Part shown: positions 49,815-64,000 of the stretch, one piece after another
How the letters are laid out: each line of letters starts with the position of its first letter
Position numbering within the stretch: position 1 is the first letter of the stretch
Origin: the human T2T-CHM13v2.0 reference genome, Homo sapiens
DNA length: 64,000 nucleotides
NCBI RefSeq assembly: GCF_009914755.1
Contig: NC_060936.1
Direction: 5' to 3' (one strand)
The notes under the pieces: model-generated
Seen by the model: the letters and a program-made list of their open reading frames with translations, nothing else
What the model was told of the DNA's origin: nothing
The model's database searches: none
Position numbers and translations under genes: made by a program

Positions 49815-50783
49815 TAGCCAGGATGGTCTCCATCTCCTGACCTCATGATCCGCCCGCCTTGGCCTCCCAAAGTGCTGGGATTACAGGTATAAGCCACCGT
49901 GCCCGGCCAGAGTGTTATTTTTATTTTTCATTTTTATTTATTTATTTTTGAGACAGAGTCTTGCTCTGTCACCCAGGCTGGAGTGCAGTGGCGCAATCTT
50001 GGCTCACCGCAAGCTTTGCCTCCTGGGTTCACGCCATTCTCCTGCCTCAACCACCTGAGTAGCTGGGACTACAGGCGCCCACCACCACGCCTGGCTAATT
50101 TTTTTGTATTTTTAATAGAGACGGAGTTTCACCGTGTTAGCCAGGATGGTCTCAATCTCCTGACCTTGTGATCTGTCTGCCTTGGCCTCCCAAAGTGCTG
50201 AGATTACAGGCGTGAGCCACCATGCCTGGCCATATTTTTAAATAATTAAAATATTACATCACTCCTGTACTTAAAATCCTTCAGTAACTTCTCATTGTCC
50301 TCAGAATAACATTAAAATTCCATGACATGTGGCCTCCAAGGTGTGATCTGATCCCTCCATCCATCTCCTAATGTCTACCATCCTGATTATTGTTTATCAG
50401 TTTGCATTTTCCAGAATTTCATGTACAATAAATGGACTCTGTTTGCAGAGAGCTTTGGTTTCTTCCACTCAGTTTTGTTGTTGCACGTATCAGTAGTGTA
50501 TTCCTTTTTATTGTTGAATAGTAGTGCATTGAATAGGTGTGTAACTGTTTATTAATTCACTGTTAATGGACATTGGGTTGTTTCCTGGTTGTGGCTATTG
50601 AAAATAAAGCTGCTGTGAATGTTCATGGACAAGTCTTTATTTTTGAAGGAGATTTTCCTGTGGTATAGAATTCTAGAGTGGTAGTATTTTCTTTCAGCAG
50701 TTCGTATCTTCAAGGATGTGATTCTGTTGTCTTCTGGTTTCTACCATTTCTGTTGAAAAGTCAGCTGTCGATCCCTATTTTGA

Positions 50784-51026
<243 letters not shown>

Positions 51027-51716
51027 TAGAGATGGGGTCTCGCTGTGTTGCCCAGGCTGGTCCCAAACTCCTGGGTTCAAGTGACCTTCCCACCTCAGTC
51101 TCCCAAGGTGCAGGGATTATAGGCGTGAGCCACTGCTGCACCAGCCCCAGCAGCTTTTCAATGATGTGTCTATGTGGAAGTGGGTATGTTGTTGATTTTT
51201 GTAAAGCTTATCCTTTAGGATTTCTTGAACCTGAGATGTTATATCTCTTCTCAGTTTTGGAAAATTCTCAGCCATTACCTCTTTACACATTTCTTCTGCC
51301 ACATTCTTTCTTTATTCTCCTTCTGGGGCTCCAATTACATATACGTTAGACCTTTTCTGGTCTTGTCCCACTGGTCTTTTATTTTCTTTTATGTATTTTC
51401 TATCCTTTCATCTGTTTCTGCTTCAGTCTGAATGTTTTCTACTATAATTTGTCTTCCTTTCCTGCTGACTAGTTCTTTCTTTGGCTATATCTAAATTTTT
51501 GTTAAACTGTATATTAAGCATTTTAAATCATTTTTTCAGGTCTAGAATTTCCATTTGATTCTTTTTTAAGTAAAGCTATCTGCTGAGATTCCCCATCTTG
51601 TCCTCTACTTCCTGCATGTTAATCCTGTGATTGTCTAATAACCCCAATGCTCGGATCTCCTGTGGCTTCTTTCTGCTGATTGCTTTTTCCCCTTGGTTTT
51701 CAGTCATTTGGATGGG

Positions 51717-51748
<32 letters not shown>

Positions 51749-52879
51749 GAGATGGGGGTCTTGCTCTGTTGCCCAGGCTGGTCTTGAACTCCTGGCCTCA
51801 AGCGATCCTCCTGCAAAGTTCTGGGATTCCAGGCATACACCACAGCGCCTGGCCTGGATGTATCTCTTTAATATGCCTGGCTATTTTTTACTGAATGCCT
51901 GATGTTGTGTTTTTTAAAGTGTAGAAATAAATTTGAGGCTTGAGATGACTTCGTCCAAAGAAGACTGACTTCTGCTCCTTAAAGGCACTTAGCAGAGTGG
52001 TCAGCTTAATCTAATCAGAGCTTGAGGTCGTTTGAGGCTGATTTTCAGGTTTTGTGAAGTCTGCCTCATGTACTTGCTTTTGCCAGTTCCTTACCCTACC
52101 CAGGCTTTTGTGCTGTTCTGATATGAATTCTCAAACACTGGCATTAGTAGTTTACACCCCTGTGGTATGTAACATTCATAAAATGTTCAGAAAATGATAG
52201 GTAAGGAATAGGCGTGGAGACGGGGTGGAAATGGCAGAAATGGAACTTAAAAAGCTTTTTTCCAGCCTGTCCCTCAGTGCTGTCTCCTGCAGCCCTTCTC
52301 CCCAGGCTGTAGCCACCCACCTCCCATGCACATTTCAAACACATACCCCATGGCTCCCCAGGAAGAGCTTGCTTTGTTGTTCTTGCTGTGGCTGTTTGGT
52401 TTCTGTATTTAAAACTTTCCGTCACTTCCATAGTTTCTGCAGGGTTGGTTTTTGGGAAGGGAGCCAGCAGCCCATGCTATTCACCATCTTGGCAGGAATT
52501 AGAATCCCCTTCCAATATCTTGCATTCATTCCAAGATATTGTGTGGCCCTGTCAAATTTAGAAATGTATACGCAGCAGTCTTTATCTAAAAGGATACAGA
52601 ATAAAGGTTATTGGTGAATACTGGTTTACTTTTGCTTGTTCCAATTTATTTTATTATTATTATTGTTATTATTTTAAATTGACCACTATCAGAAAAGCTT
52701 GTTATAGCCAGGCGCAGTGGCCCACACCTGTAATCCCAGCACTTTGGGAGGCTGAGGCAGGTGGATCGCTTGAGGTAGGGTTCAAAACCAGCCTGGCCAA
52801 CATGGTGAAACCCCATCTCTACTAAAAATATAAAAATTAGCTGGGTGTGGGGGCACATGCTGGTAGTCCCAACTGCTCA

Positions 52880-53005
<126 letters not shown>

Positions 53006-53249
53006 TTATTCTAATTTATAGATGATGAATTATAATAGATCAAACTGGAAAGGGAACACATTTGACACTGTTTATTTTAATCACCAGTATTTAAATGATA
53101 TTCCTATTTTTTTTTACCAAATGCCGTATCTTTTCTGTTTTATATTCCTACTCATTTGTTTTAATTAAAATTATTATTTAATTTTAACATTCAGCTTAAC
53201 CAGAAACAGAAAATTTATCATTAATGTATTTTCATACTTTATATTTCAG

Positions 53250-53327
53250 AACTACGTTACTTTTAACCCAACAAATAATAAAGAATTGGTGAGCAATAGT
53301 AAAACACGGGCAATATATTATGCATGG
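53250..53327 (+). CDS. CFAP251: CFAP251 exon 8, 78 nt
   Basis: tttcag|AAC TAC and TGG|gtaagc; [26 protein letters not shown]. Confidence 0.93.
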
Positions 53328-53998
53328 GTAAGCAGAAATATTTTGATTTGTTTTAAATGTGGGTAGAAGTATGTGTTCATTCTTTGAGTACAAATGTTTC
53401 AGTAATGTAACAATATAGTATCTCTACTTAGGAAGCAATGAATATATATTAAAATGTTTTTATTTAACTGTAGTATTTAGTCCTATTAGAAATTAGCATA
53501 TTAAATCAAAAGCAAATAATCCAATTTTATTTATTAAATTTTATTGAAGTAATGAGGCAAATGTTTATTTGAATTTATTTAACAAGACTAAAATACAAGT
53601 TTTATGGTTTTTTTGGAGATGAGGTCTCACTATGTTGCCCAGGCTGGCCTCAAATTCCTGGGCTCAAGTGATCTTCCCGCTTAATCCTCTCAAGTAGCTG
53701 GGATTAGAGGGGTGAGCCGGCCACACCTGGCTCTAAAATACAGCAGGTTTTTTTTTTTTTTTTTTTTGAGACCTTGGTCTTTTTTCCCTTTTAGAAAGGA
53801 ATTAGCAAACAGATTAGTGATACATATACTGACACAGGGCAAAATCATGAGAATAAAAAACATTGAGGCTGAGCACAGTGGCTCATGACTGTACTTCCAG
53901 CACCATGGGAGGCCAAGGCAGGAGGATCACTTGAGGCCAGGAGTTTAAGACTAGCCTGAGCAACATAACAAGACCTCATCTCTACAAAAAATTATTTA

Positions 53999-54193
<195 letters not shown>

Positions 54194-54796
54194 TCAAGTT
54201 AAACATGGAATAGCTATGTGACTCAGCAATTGCAAGGTAAGATGTAAAAGAATTGAAAAGAAGCATTCAAACAAATACTTCTACACAAATGTTCACAGCA
54301 GCAGCAGCAGCACTATTTGTAATAACCAAAAGGTAGAAACAAGCCAAGTGTTCATCAACTGATGAGTAGGTAAACAAAATGTGGTCTATCCATACAATGG
54401 AATGTTATTGTATGAAGTGCTGATACATGCTGTGACATGGATCAGCCTTGAAAGTATGATGCTAAATGAAAGACACCAGACACGAAAGTCACGTGTTGTA
54501 TGATGCCATTTCTATGGAATGTCCAGCATAGGCAAGTCCACAGATACAGAGTAAACTGGTGGTTTTCAAGGCCTGGAGAGAGACGGAGTGGCTGCTTAAT
54601 AGGTAGGAGATTTCCTTTTGGGGTTATGAAAATGTCTTGGATCTAGATGGTTGCTCAGCATTGTGAATGTATGGAACACCGCTGAATTGCACACTTTAAC
54701 ATGGTTATGATTAATTTTATGTTAAGTGGATTTTACCTCAATAAAAAATTGTAGAGCAAAACCAAAACACATTGAGTCACTGATTGTGAGTGATAG

Positions 54797-55145
<349 letters not shown>

Positions 55146-55201
55146 TAATGCAAATTCGAATTCTCTATTAATAAGCCTTTAAAACTTTAATAAATACCTT
55201 A

Positions 55202-55552
<351 letters not shown>

Positions 55553-55745
55553 TTATATTTTTTATGTATTTGCTTTTCTTTCAGAATGTTTTTAGATATT
55601 TCCCAAGGCAGCAAGTTCTCTTACCTGTAGAAACTGCAAATTTCTGACCTTGTTTAGATGTATTTGTTTTGCTTTTATTATTAATGCCGTTCTTCCTTTG
55701 GAAACTGGGTCTTTTTGAGTAGTGATTATTTTTTCCTCTTATCAG

Positions 55746-55796
55746 TATGAAGAGAGGGATACACTGGCTCACAGTGCCCCACTTTTAACTGAAAAA
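55746..55796 (+). CDS. CFAP251: CFAP251 exon 9, 51 nt
   Basis: atcag|TAT GAA and AAA|gtgagt; YEERDTLAHSAPLLTEK. Confidence 0.92.
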
Positions 55797-55975
55797 GTGA
55801 GTATGCCTATTGCATTTTTGTCCATCAGATTTTGTGGAGAATAAATATTTATGTGCAAGCTTAGCTGCTTCGGGCTACTCTTTGTACATCTTGATATTAA
55901 GCTACTGGGAAATAATTTGAAAAATTTTACTTGGGTCCTGTATACATATTGAATTGTCAGTTGAAAATCATGTAA

Positions 55976-56224
<249 letters not shown>

Positions 56225-56448
56225 TGATCCACCTACCTCAGCCTCCCAAAGTGCTGGGATTACAGGCGTGAGCCACTGTACCTGGCCCTAATAAAATGTT
56301 ATACAAAGAGTTATTGCTGTGAGAAAATATAAAAACGTGATGGCTTTTAGAATGTGTATGTGCATATTGACAAGGAATGAAAGTTGTGGGGGTGCAGTGG
56401 CTCTCATCTGTAATCCCAACACTTTGGGAGACTGAGGTGAGAGTATCA

Positions 56449-56778
<330 letters not shown>

Positions 56779-57115
56779 TTAGATGTTTGAGAGCCAATAA
56801 GAGGGAGGTGAACCAGATGTTGAGAAAACATTTTATCTTGCCTGCTTGCCGCAAGCTCTTGTGTCTGAGGTGGAACTTGAGTCGTCTCCTGTAGCATTTT
56901 CTGCATTTGCTGCCCATGTAACCTGCTCTCAGGGAGCACCTGATGATGAGTTTTCTGCATACTTGCTTCTCTCTCGGTATGATTTGTAGAAATTTATTTA
57001 AGAGGGCATGCCAAAAGACAAAAACAAAAAATAAAAAGTTGAGATGGATGGGCACAATGAGATTATTCTGTCTGCAGACTTGTTTTTCATAAATGAAAGT
57101 ACTAAAAAATACCAT

Positions 57116-57768
57116 CAGTTCTCATTATTGTTGGTAGTTATGTTATATAAAGTCTCTGTAAACACCAAATTAGCAGATACTTAACTATTGCTCTTAAGGG
57201 AAATATAGGGGTAGGTTTCTGTGAGCCTCTGGTCACATTTTCACCAATTGATCAATACATAAGCTTGTTTTATGTGTATTTCTATTTAAAGACACTTTAT
57301 TTAATATATAACATTGATTCATTAACATTGAACTCATGGCCAACAGCACTATAACTCATGACTTGAACAAAACTCATCTAACCTACATATTTTCTCCATA
57401 AAGCACATCACAGCATTCTTTTGCTTAGGAACACTAGCCAGCACTTCAGCACTATGTTTCAGGGTCAATTTAAATACTAAAATCACCAAGAAAAATGCAA
57501 ACAACCAAAAATGCAAACAACATGGCACTAAATAGACCATGAAAAGGACACTTGTTTATAGTCAGAGCTGAGACAAGAAGGCGGAGCATTGCCCTGCCTG
57601 CCCTCAACTGGAAATGTGCATGTTGAGTGAGTAAAATTATTTGTCACACTGCACATGCACTTCTGCAAATGACCGTGAGAGTGCTGCAAGTATTGATTTT
57701 GGGATTACAAATCAATTCTTAAAGTAGGTAAATTCGCAAATACAGAATCCACAAATAATGAGCCATTT
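57116..57768 (-). mobile_element. Near full-length MER82-like (TcMar-Tigger) DNA transposon
   Basis: Termini CAGTTCTCATTATT... and ...GCAAATACAGAATCCACAAATAATGAG; internal CATTGAACTCATGGCCAACAGCACTATAACTCATG. Confidence 0.8.
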
Positions 57769-58374
57769 GAAATGATAAAAATGTATTGAAACAGTGCTGC
57801 TCTTAGAAAGAACTTGGTGCTCTTGTTTGACTAATCATTATTTTACTATTCCTCTTGTGTTCAAGTCAGAAGAGGTAAACCTTAGGATCTTCTCTGTATT
57901 ATTAGAGAATCGGGCAGCATAGAGAATAGGGCATTTCTATGTACAGTGCTTAAATATTTTCTACTGATGGGAAAATACCTTATGATAAAAGGAGGCTGGG
58001 ATAATTATTTTATGCTATTTTATAACCAGAGCATGCTTTGACTCACAACAGGCATTAGTTTCTTCACCAGTCTCTGAAACCTCCATAAGAGAAGTTTAAC
58101 AGGTATAAACAGTGATTAACCACTCTCTCGTTTGCTTTAAACAAACAATGTAATTGAACAGAGTACATAACCCTTCACTTGCTCTTAGCAAACTTCCAGA
58201 GGTTCAGAACTGCCTGGACCATGGCAATTCATGGGAGACGGTTTTAGTGATTGTTTTCTTTTTCTTTCTCTTTTTCTCACTATATTTCAGCATAGCATTA
58301 TAAAATATCGTGTTGATAAATGCTTTGTTTTATATTTATTACCAACAGTAACTATAACCTTTCTTTTGAAACAG

Positions 58375-58589
58375 ACCTTCAACAAGCTTGTGGGAAAGTT
58401 TAGCCAGTCCATCTTTCACTTGAATTTAACACAAATACTCTCAGCCACAATGGAAGGGAAGCTGGTTGTCTGGGACATACACCGCCCACCCTCATCTGCC
58501 TCCACCTTTTTGGGCTTTCCCTATATCAAGCCTTGTAAATTGGTTCATTTGCAGAAAGAGGGTATCACGGTACTTACCACAATTGATAG
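58375..58589 (+). CDS. CFAP251: CFAP251 exon 10, 215 nt
   Basis: aacag|ACC TTC and AG|gtaatt; [14 protein letters not shown]...KLVVWDIH...VLTTID. Confidence 0.94.
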
Positions 58590-58618
58590 GTAATTTTAAC
58601 TTAATTAAAAGATAACTA

Positions 58619-58837
<219 letters not shown>

Positions 58838-58887
58838 CTATCATTGCCACTGTGCTCCAGACTGGGTGTTAGAGTGAGACCCTCCTG

Positions 58888-58933
<46 letters not shown>

Positions 58934-59281
58934 CTTTTGGATGTATATGCATATTTTGTATAGCATAAAGTATTCTGGGGAGAATCATAATGAACTGGGA
59001 ACATTGGTTGCCTCTGAGGAAAAGAACTGAGAACTAAGATCAGGGATGGGGGTGGATTTACTTCTTTTTATAGTTCCATTTATACTAATTGGATTTTTAA
59101 AAAAATCATGAGTATGCATTATGTTTAAAAAATCCCTTTGTGTCGATGAAACAAAAAGGAACTAGATTTTTTCTTCTGTGCTAATTGGATGGATTTTGCA
59201 CCCAACATTTTACATGCATTAAATGTAAGAAAATAATTTGAATAGCTGTATTATTTTTGTCTGATTACAAGATAACATTTA

Positions 59282-59620
<339 letters not shown>

Positions 59621-60200
59621 TTAAGACAGAGTTCTCATTTCAGCTGGGTCCCTTCCTTGCTGAGTGACCTTGAGCAAGGAACTTAACCTTGTTGAGCCTC
59701 TATTTCTTCATCTGTAAAATGGGCATAACAGTACTATTTCTCTCAGAGTGGTTTTATGAGGATTTCACGAGATATGGATGCACATGCTTGGTGCAGGGGA
59801 ACCCTAGGTAAATGGTGGCCATCGTCAGTGTGTGAGAGAAGTTCCCGAAGGTGTGGAGAAAATTGCCTAGTGATGGGGACGCTACCCATATGGTTAGAGT
59901 CACTGGGCCATCTGCTTTCAAAATGCCCATTTGCTTCCATTCGCCTTTCTTTCGATGCAGGGGAACAATGAGGTCTTGACATGGTTTTACAAAGAGAAAT
60001 GCAAATTGTCACCCTCACTCAGTGGAGCGAGAAGATAGGAGAACTGCAGTTGGCCATGCAATCAACCTTTAATCGGTTGGGGTTTAGGATCCAGTGGAGA
60101 CCAGGCCTGGGTTCTCCAAGTTAATAAAACCCAGTCAGGACCTGGGAGTCCAAGAAGGAAAAGGTCTCTGGAAATACTTGGTCAGTATTGCTGCTTCTGT

Positions 60201-60214
60201 CCAGCAGAGGGCAG
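60201..60214 (+). promoter_or_regulatory. CTCF-like motif in CFAP251 intron 10
   Basis: CCAGCAGAGGGCAG matches the core consensus. Confidence 0.5.
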
Positions 60215-60691
60215 GGACAGATGTTCAAGCCAATTAGCCCACCTGCCTTGCTTATTAATCAGAAACCTCATTTAACCACTCTGCATATGTAAGAGAAAAA
60301 TCCTCCTCATCTGCCCCCCGTGATTAGAATTATGTCAAAGTCTTTTTTAAAAAGCCCATTTGGGATGGATCCAAGGACTGGAAATGAAAGCCATTTTGTC
60401 ACGTGGCACTGCCTTCTGCCGTGATGACTGGACAGGGTTTTATGATCACACTAACAGTAGTGCCTTCCTGTAAAGTGGCTAGTGTCCCATTGCCAGCCTG
60501 CATGATTTCAGAGGGCTGGTGAAGCGATTCTCTCCATTGTCATCTGTAGTTATATGGGGAGTGTAAATCCTTGTCCACCTCCATTGCGTATGGCTGATCT
60601 TGGAGGGCAGGGAAGAACTAGCAGAGAGCATGGACTTTGCTTTAGATATACCTGGGTTCCTTGCATAGTCAAGCCACATGGCCCTGATAAA

Positions 60692-61128
<437 letters not shown>

Positions 61129-61335
61129 CACAATGCCCTGAGCAAATTTCTTAACTCTCTGAAAGTTAGTTTCCTAGATGTAAATTGGGATAACAGTAAA
61201 ATCATTCTCGTTGGGAGTATTAAATTAAGTTTTTGCAATGCCCCAGAATCCAGAGCCTGACATATAATTAGGTATTCTATAGATGCTACTTGTTATTATT
61301 GCTATTTGCAAAACTGATGTTATTCTCCATTTCAG

Positions 61336-61530
61336 CTACATTGTCACAGGTGACATTAAGGGGAACATTAAGTTCTATGATCACACCCTGTCTATTGTTA
61401 ACTGGTACAGTCACTTGAAACTGGGCGCCATAAGAACTCTGTCCTTTTCAAAGACCCCAGCAACTCCTCCTACTGAAAAATCAAACTATCCTCCTGACTG
61501 CACTTTAAAAGGTGACCTTTTTGTCTTAAG
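61336..61530 (+). CDS. CFAP251: CFAP251 exon 11, 195 nt
   Basis: ttcag|C TAC and AG|gtaagt; [15 protein letters not shown]...GDLFVL. Confidence 0.94.
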
Positions 61531-61684
61531 GTAAGTTGTTAATGAATCTAGTCATTAGAATGGTTGAAAAATGATCACTGTCTTCTTTAGTTTGCATACA
61601 GTGGGAGGTTCGTGTTGTTCCTGGGATATCTCCCTGGCTGATTGTGATAACCACTGGATCATTTAAAAAATTAATGAAACATAA

Positions 61685-61986
<302 letters not shown>

Positions 61987-62159
61987 TTAATGAAACATGA
62001 CTTTAATATTAAGACTCTTTAGTAACTGGAAGCTGTAAAGTCCTGATCCCTGATCTCTCACCTCTGTTGAGTCTGGAGTCTTTTGCTGCAGGTTGGTCTC
62101 TTTTCTCTAAGCTGAGCTTGTCCTAGCCACTGCGGTTAAAGGCACTGGATAATTAATAG

Positions 62160-62413
62160 CCATAACATTTCAAGACCGAATTATCTGTGAGTCTGCTTAA
62201 TTACCCTTGCAGTAGTTACAGGCACATCTGTATGTGTGCACCAAACTCCATATTTGCATACACAAATGAATATTTGCATGTGCAGATTAGCTAATTGTAC
62301 AACTGACTGTCCATCTGCATACTTAATGACTCAATTTACATGGAGAAAAGTGGGCTTTTTCACTTGCAAATGGAGGCTGTTGGGTATTGGTGGTATATTT
62401 TTGGAAATGTTGG
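62160..62413. mobile_element. Ancient DNA-transposon-like relic (UCON28-like) with an octamer array
   Basis: Imperfect terminal inverted repeats AACATTTCAA / TTGGAAATGTT; internal ATTTGCAT-type motifs with about 20-bp spacing. Confidence 0.5.
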
Positions 62414-62534
62414 GTTAATAATGTCACTAAATTACAGACGACAGAGGCGTTTTATGTGCAATTAGAAGCAGAATAGCTGGCATGCCCCATTCCCTGCAAA
62501 CACTGATATTGTTTGGTCTCTCCTTGGCAAACAG

Positions 62535-62785
62535 GAATTTTATCATTGGAACATCTGATGCCGCGGTGTACCACTTAACAACAGATGGGACCAAACTTGA
62601 GAAGTTATTTGTAGAGCCCAAGGATGCCATTTGTGCCATCTCCTGCCACCCATATCAACCCCTCATTGCCATCGGGAGCATCTGTGGGATGATCAAAGTG
62701 TGGAATTATGAAAACAAACAATATCTTTTCAGCAGGGTTTTTGAGAAGGGGCTTGGAGTCCAGAGTCTGACCTACAACCCCGAAG
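62535..62785 (+). CDS. CFAP251: CFAP251 exon 12, 251 nt
   Basis: aacag|G AAT and G|gtattt; [14 protein letters not shown]...GMIKVWNYE...TYNPE. Confidence 0.94.
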
Positions 62786-62889
62786 GTATTTTCATCTTAT
62801 CAGCCTACCATCGGTTCCACATGGACAGCCCTGAAAGGGATGGATGCACCTGGGCTGGCATAGCTCCAGGAAGTCTCCCCGACTCCAGC

Positions 62890-63055
62890 CCCCAGCAGGC
62901 TGGATGAGGCGCCTTCTCTCTGGGGCTCCCGTGGTGTTCTGGGCCTATCTGTGCGTCTCTGCGCGCTCACCCCAGCAGGCTGGATGAGGCGCCTTCTCTC
63001 TGGGGCTCCCGCGGTGTCCTGGGCCTATCTGTGCGTCTCTGCGCGCTCACCCCAG
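62890..63055. repeat. 80-bp tandem duplication (2 copies, CpG-rich) in intron 12
   Basis: CCCAGCAGGCTGGATGAGGCGCC... at 62891 and 62971, with two substitutions between copies. Confidence 0.95.
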
Positions 63056-63205
63056 GAGATCACGCGTTTCGGTTCATTTCTCCGCACGGGAGCTTTGTTG
63101 TGTTAGTTGCTGTCTTCTCCGCACCCAGAACAAAGCCTGGCACAGACTCAACATCTCTTGAATGAATGTAATCCTTTTCCATCGTTCTCTGGCTTGTCAT
63201 TTCAG

Positions 63206-63357
63206 GAGCCCTTCTTGGAGCTGGCTTTACAGAGGGGACAGTTTACATTCTTGATGCAATGTCTTTAGAAAATGAAAGCCCAGAGCCTTTCAAATATTCC
63301 AGAACCAGTGTGACTCATATAAGCTTTTCCCATGACTCCCAGTATATGGCAACTGCT
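63206..63357 (+). CDS. CFAP251: CFAP251 exon 13, 152 nt (gene continues beyond the window)
   Basis: ttcag|GA GCC and GCT|gtaagt; [50 protein letters not shown]. Confidence 0.94.
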
Positions 63358-64000
63358 GTAAGTATTTTCATGGACAACCCATCCAGTGGCTTAGCAATTT
63401 TATTTGAAACCAAAAGAGGCCAGACATAGTAGCTAACACCTGTAATCCCAATGATTTGGGAGGCCGAGGTGGGAGGATCATTGGAGGACAGGAATTCAAG
63501 ACCAGCCTAGGAAACACAGCAGGACCCCACTGCTACAAAAACACTTTTTAAAAATTAGCCAGGCCTTGTGGCACACATCTGTAGCCCCAGTTATCCAGGA
63601 GGCTGAGGCGGGAGGACCCCTGCGGGCCAGGAGTTTGAGGTTACAGTGAGCTATAAGGCAGGTATGTTGGTCTGCCTTTATGTTGGGAGGGAAAAGCAGT
63701 GGTCTTCGCTAAACTCCTGTCCCTTCCGGCGCTCTCCATCCCCACACTGGTGCGGCCACTCCTCCGGTTTGTGTACACAACGCTTCTGAAGCCAAAGCTG
63801 TCTCAGCATACTGTGGGTGCACACAGTCCAGCCTCTGTGTCCCCTCAGGCCAGGCTCTCCCACTCCAACTGGGTTCACTTGCAGCCTTCATACCTTTCAA
63901 AAACACATAGCTTTTTTATTATATGTAGCTGGACAAAGAAAAGGGAGGACGAAGGCACAAAGAGTCAGGCTTTTGGCTTTCCACAGACAGCGAGGGGGCA

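Noticed and set aside
52049-52200. Possible cryptic exon (ttttcag|GT ... TAG|gtaagg)
   Set aside because: Short pyrimidine tract; such pseudo-exon pairs are common and nothing else supports it.
56939-57010. TGATGA C-box-like motif suggesting a C/D snoRNA
   Set aside because: No appropriately placed CTGA D box or terminal stem.
58231-58374. Intronic ATG in frame with exon 10, near an X-box-like GGACCATGGCAAT
   Set aside because: The extension runs through T-rich acceptor sequence, the motif is degenerate, and there is no CpG or promoter context.

Overview
Human-type, very Alu-dense genomic DNA containing two tandem + strand genes. The first is the 3' half of PSMD9 (proteasome assembly chaperone p27): coding exons 3-6 at 3932-20608, plus a 3'UTR with two AATAAA signals. 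About 0.7 kb after the distal poly(A) signal, a CpG-island promoter with an RFX X-box starts CFAP251/WDR66 (axonemal WD40 protein): a probable non-coding exon 1 and coding exons 2-13, 716 codons in this window, continuing past the end. All coding exons were placed by GT-AG boundaries and phase continuity. Gene identity, exon numbering and repeat family names come from recognising the sequence, not from a database search. Introns hold roughly a hundred Alus plus L1M, L2, MIR, MaLR and DNA-transposon relics and a U7 snRNA retropseudogene. Nearly all other ORFs in the track are Alu or L1 artefacts. I found no convincing new multi-gene system. The best leads are local: an L1-derived frame-shifting PSMD9 cassette exon predicted to trigger NMD; a stop-free in-frame CFAP251 intron next to a tandem acceptor/donor site; an ancient octamer-array element; several templated-insertion repair scars; and a 15-nt coding insertion allele.
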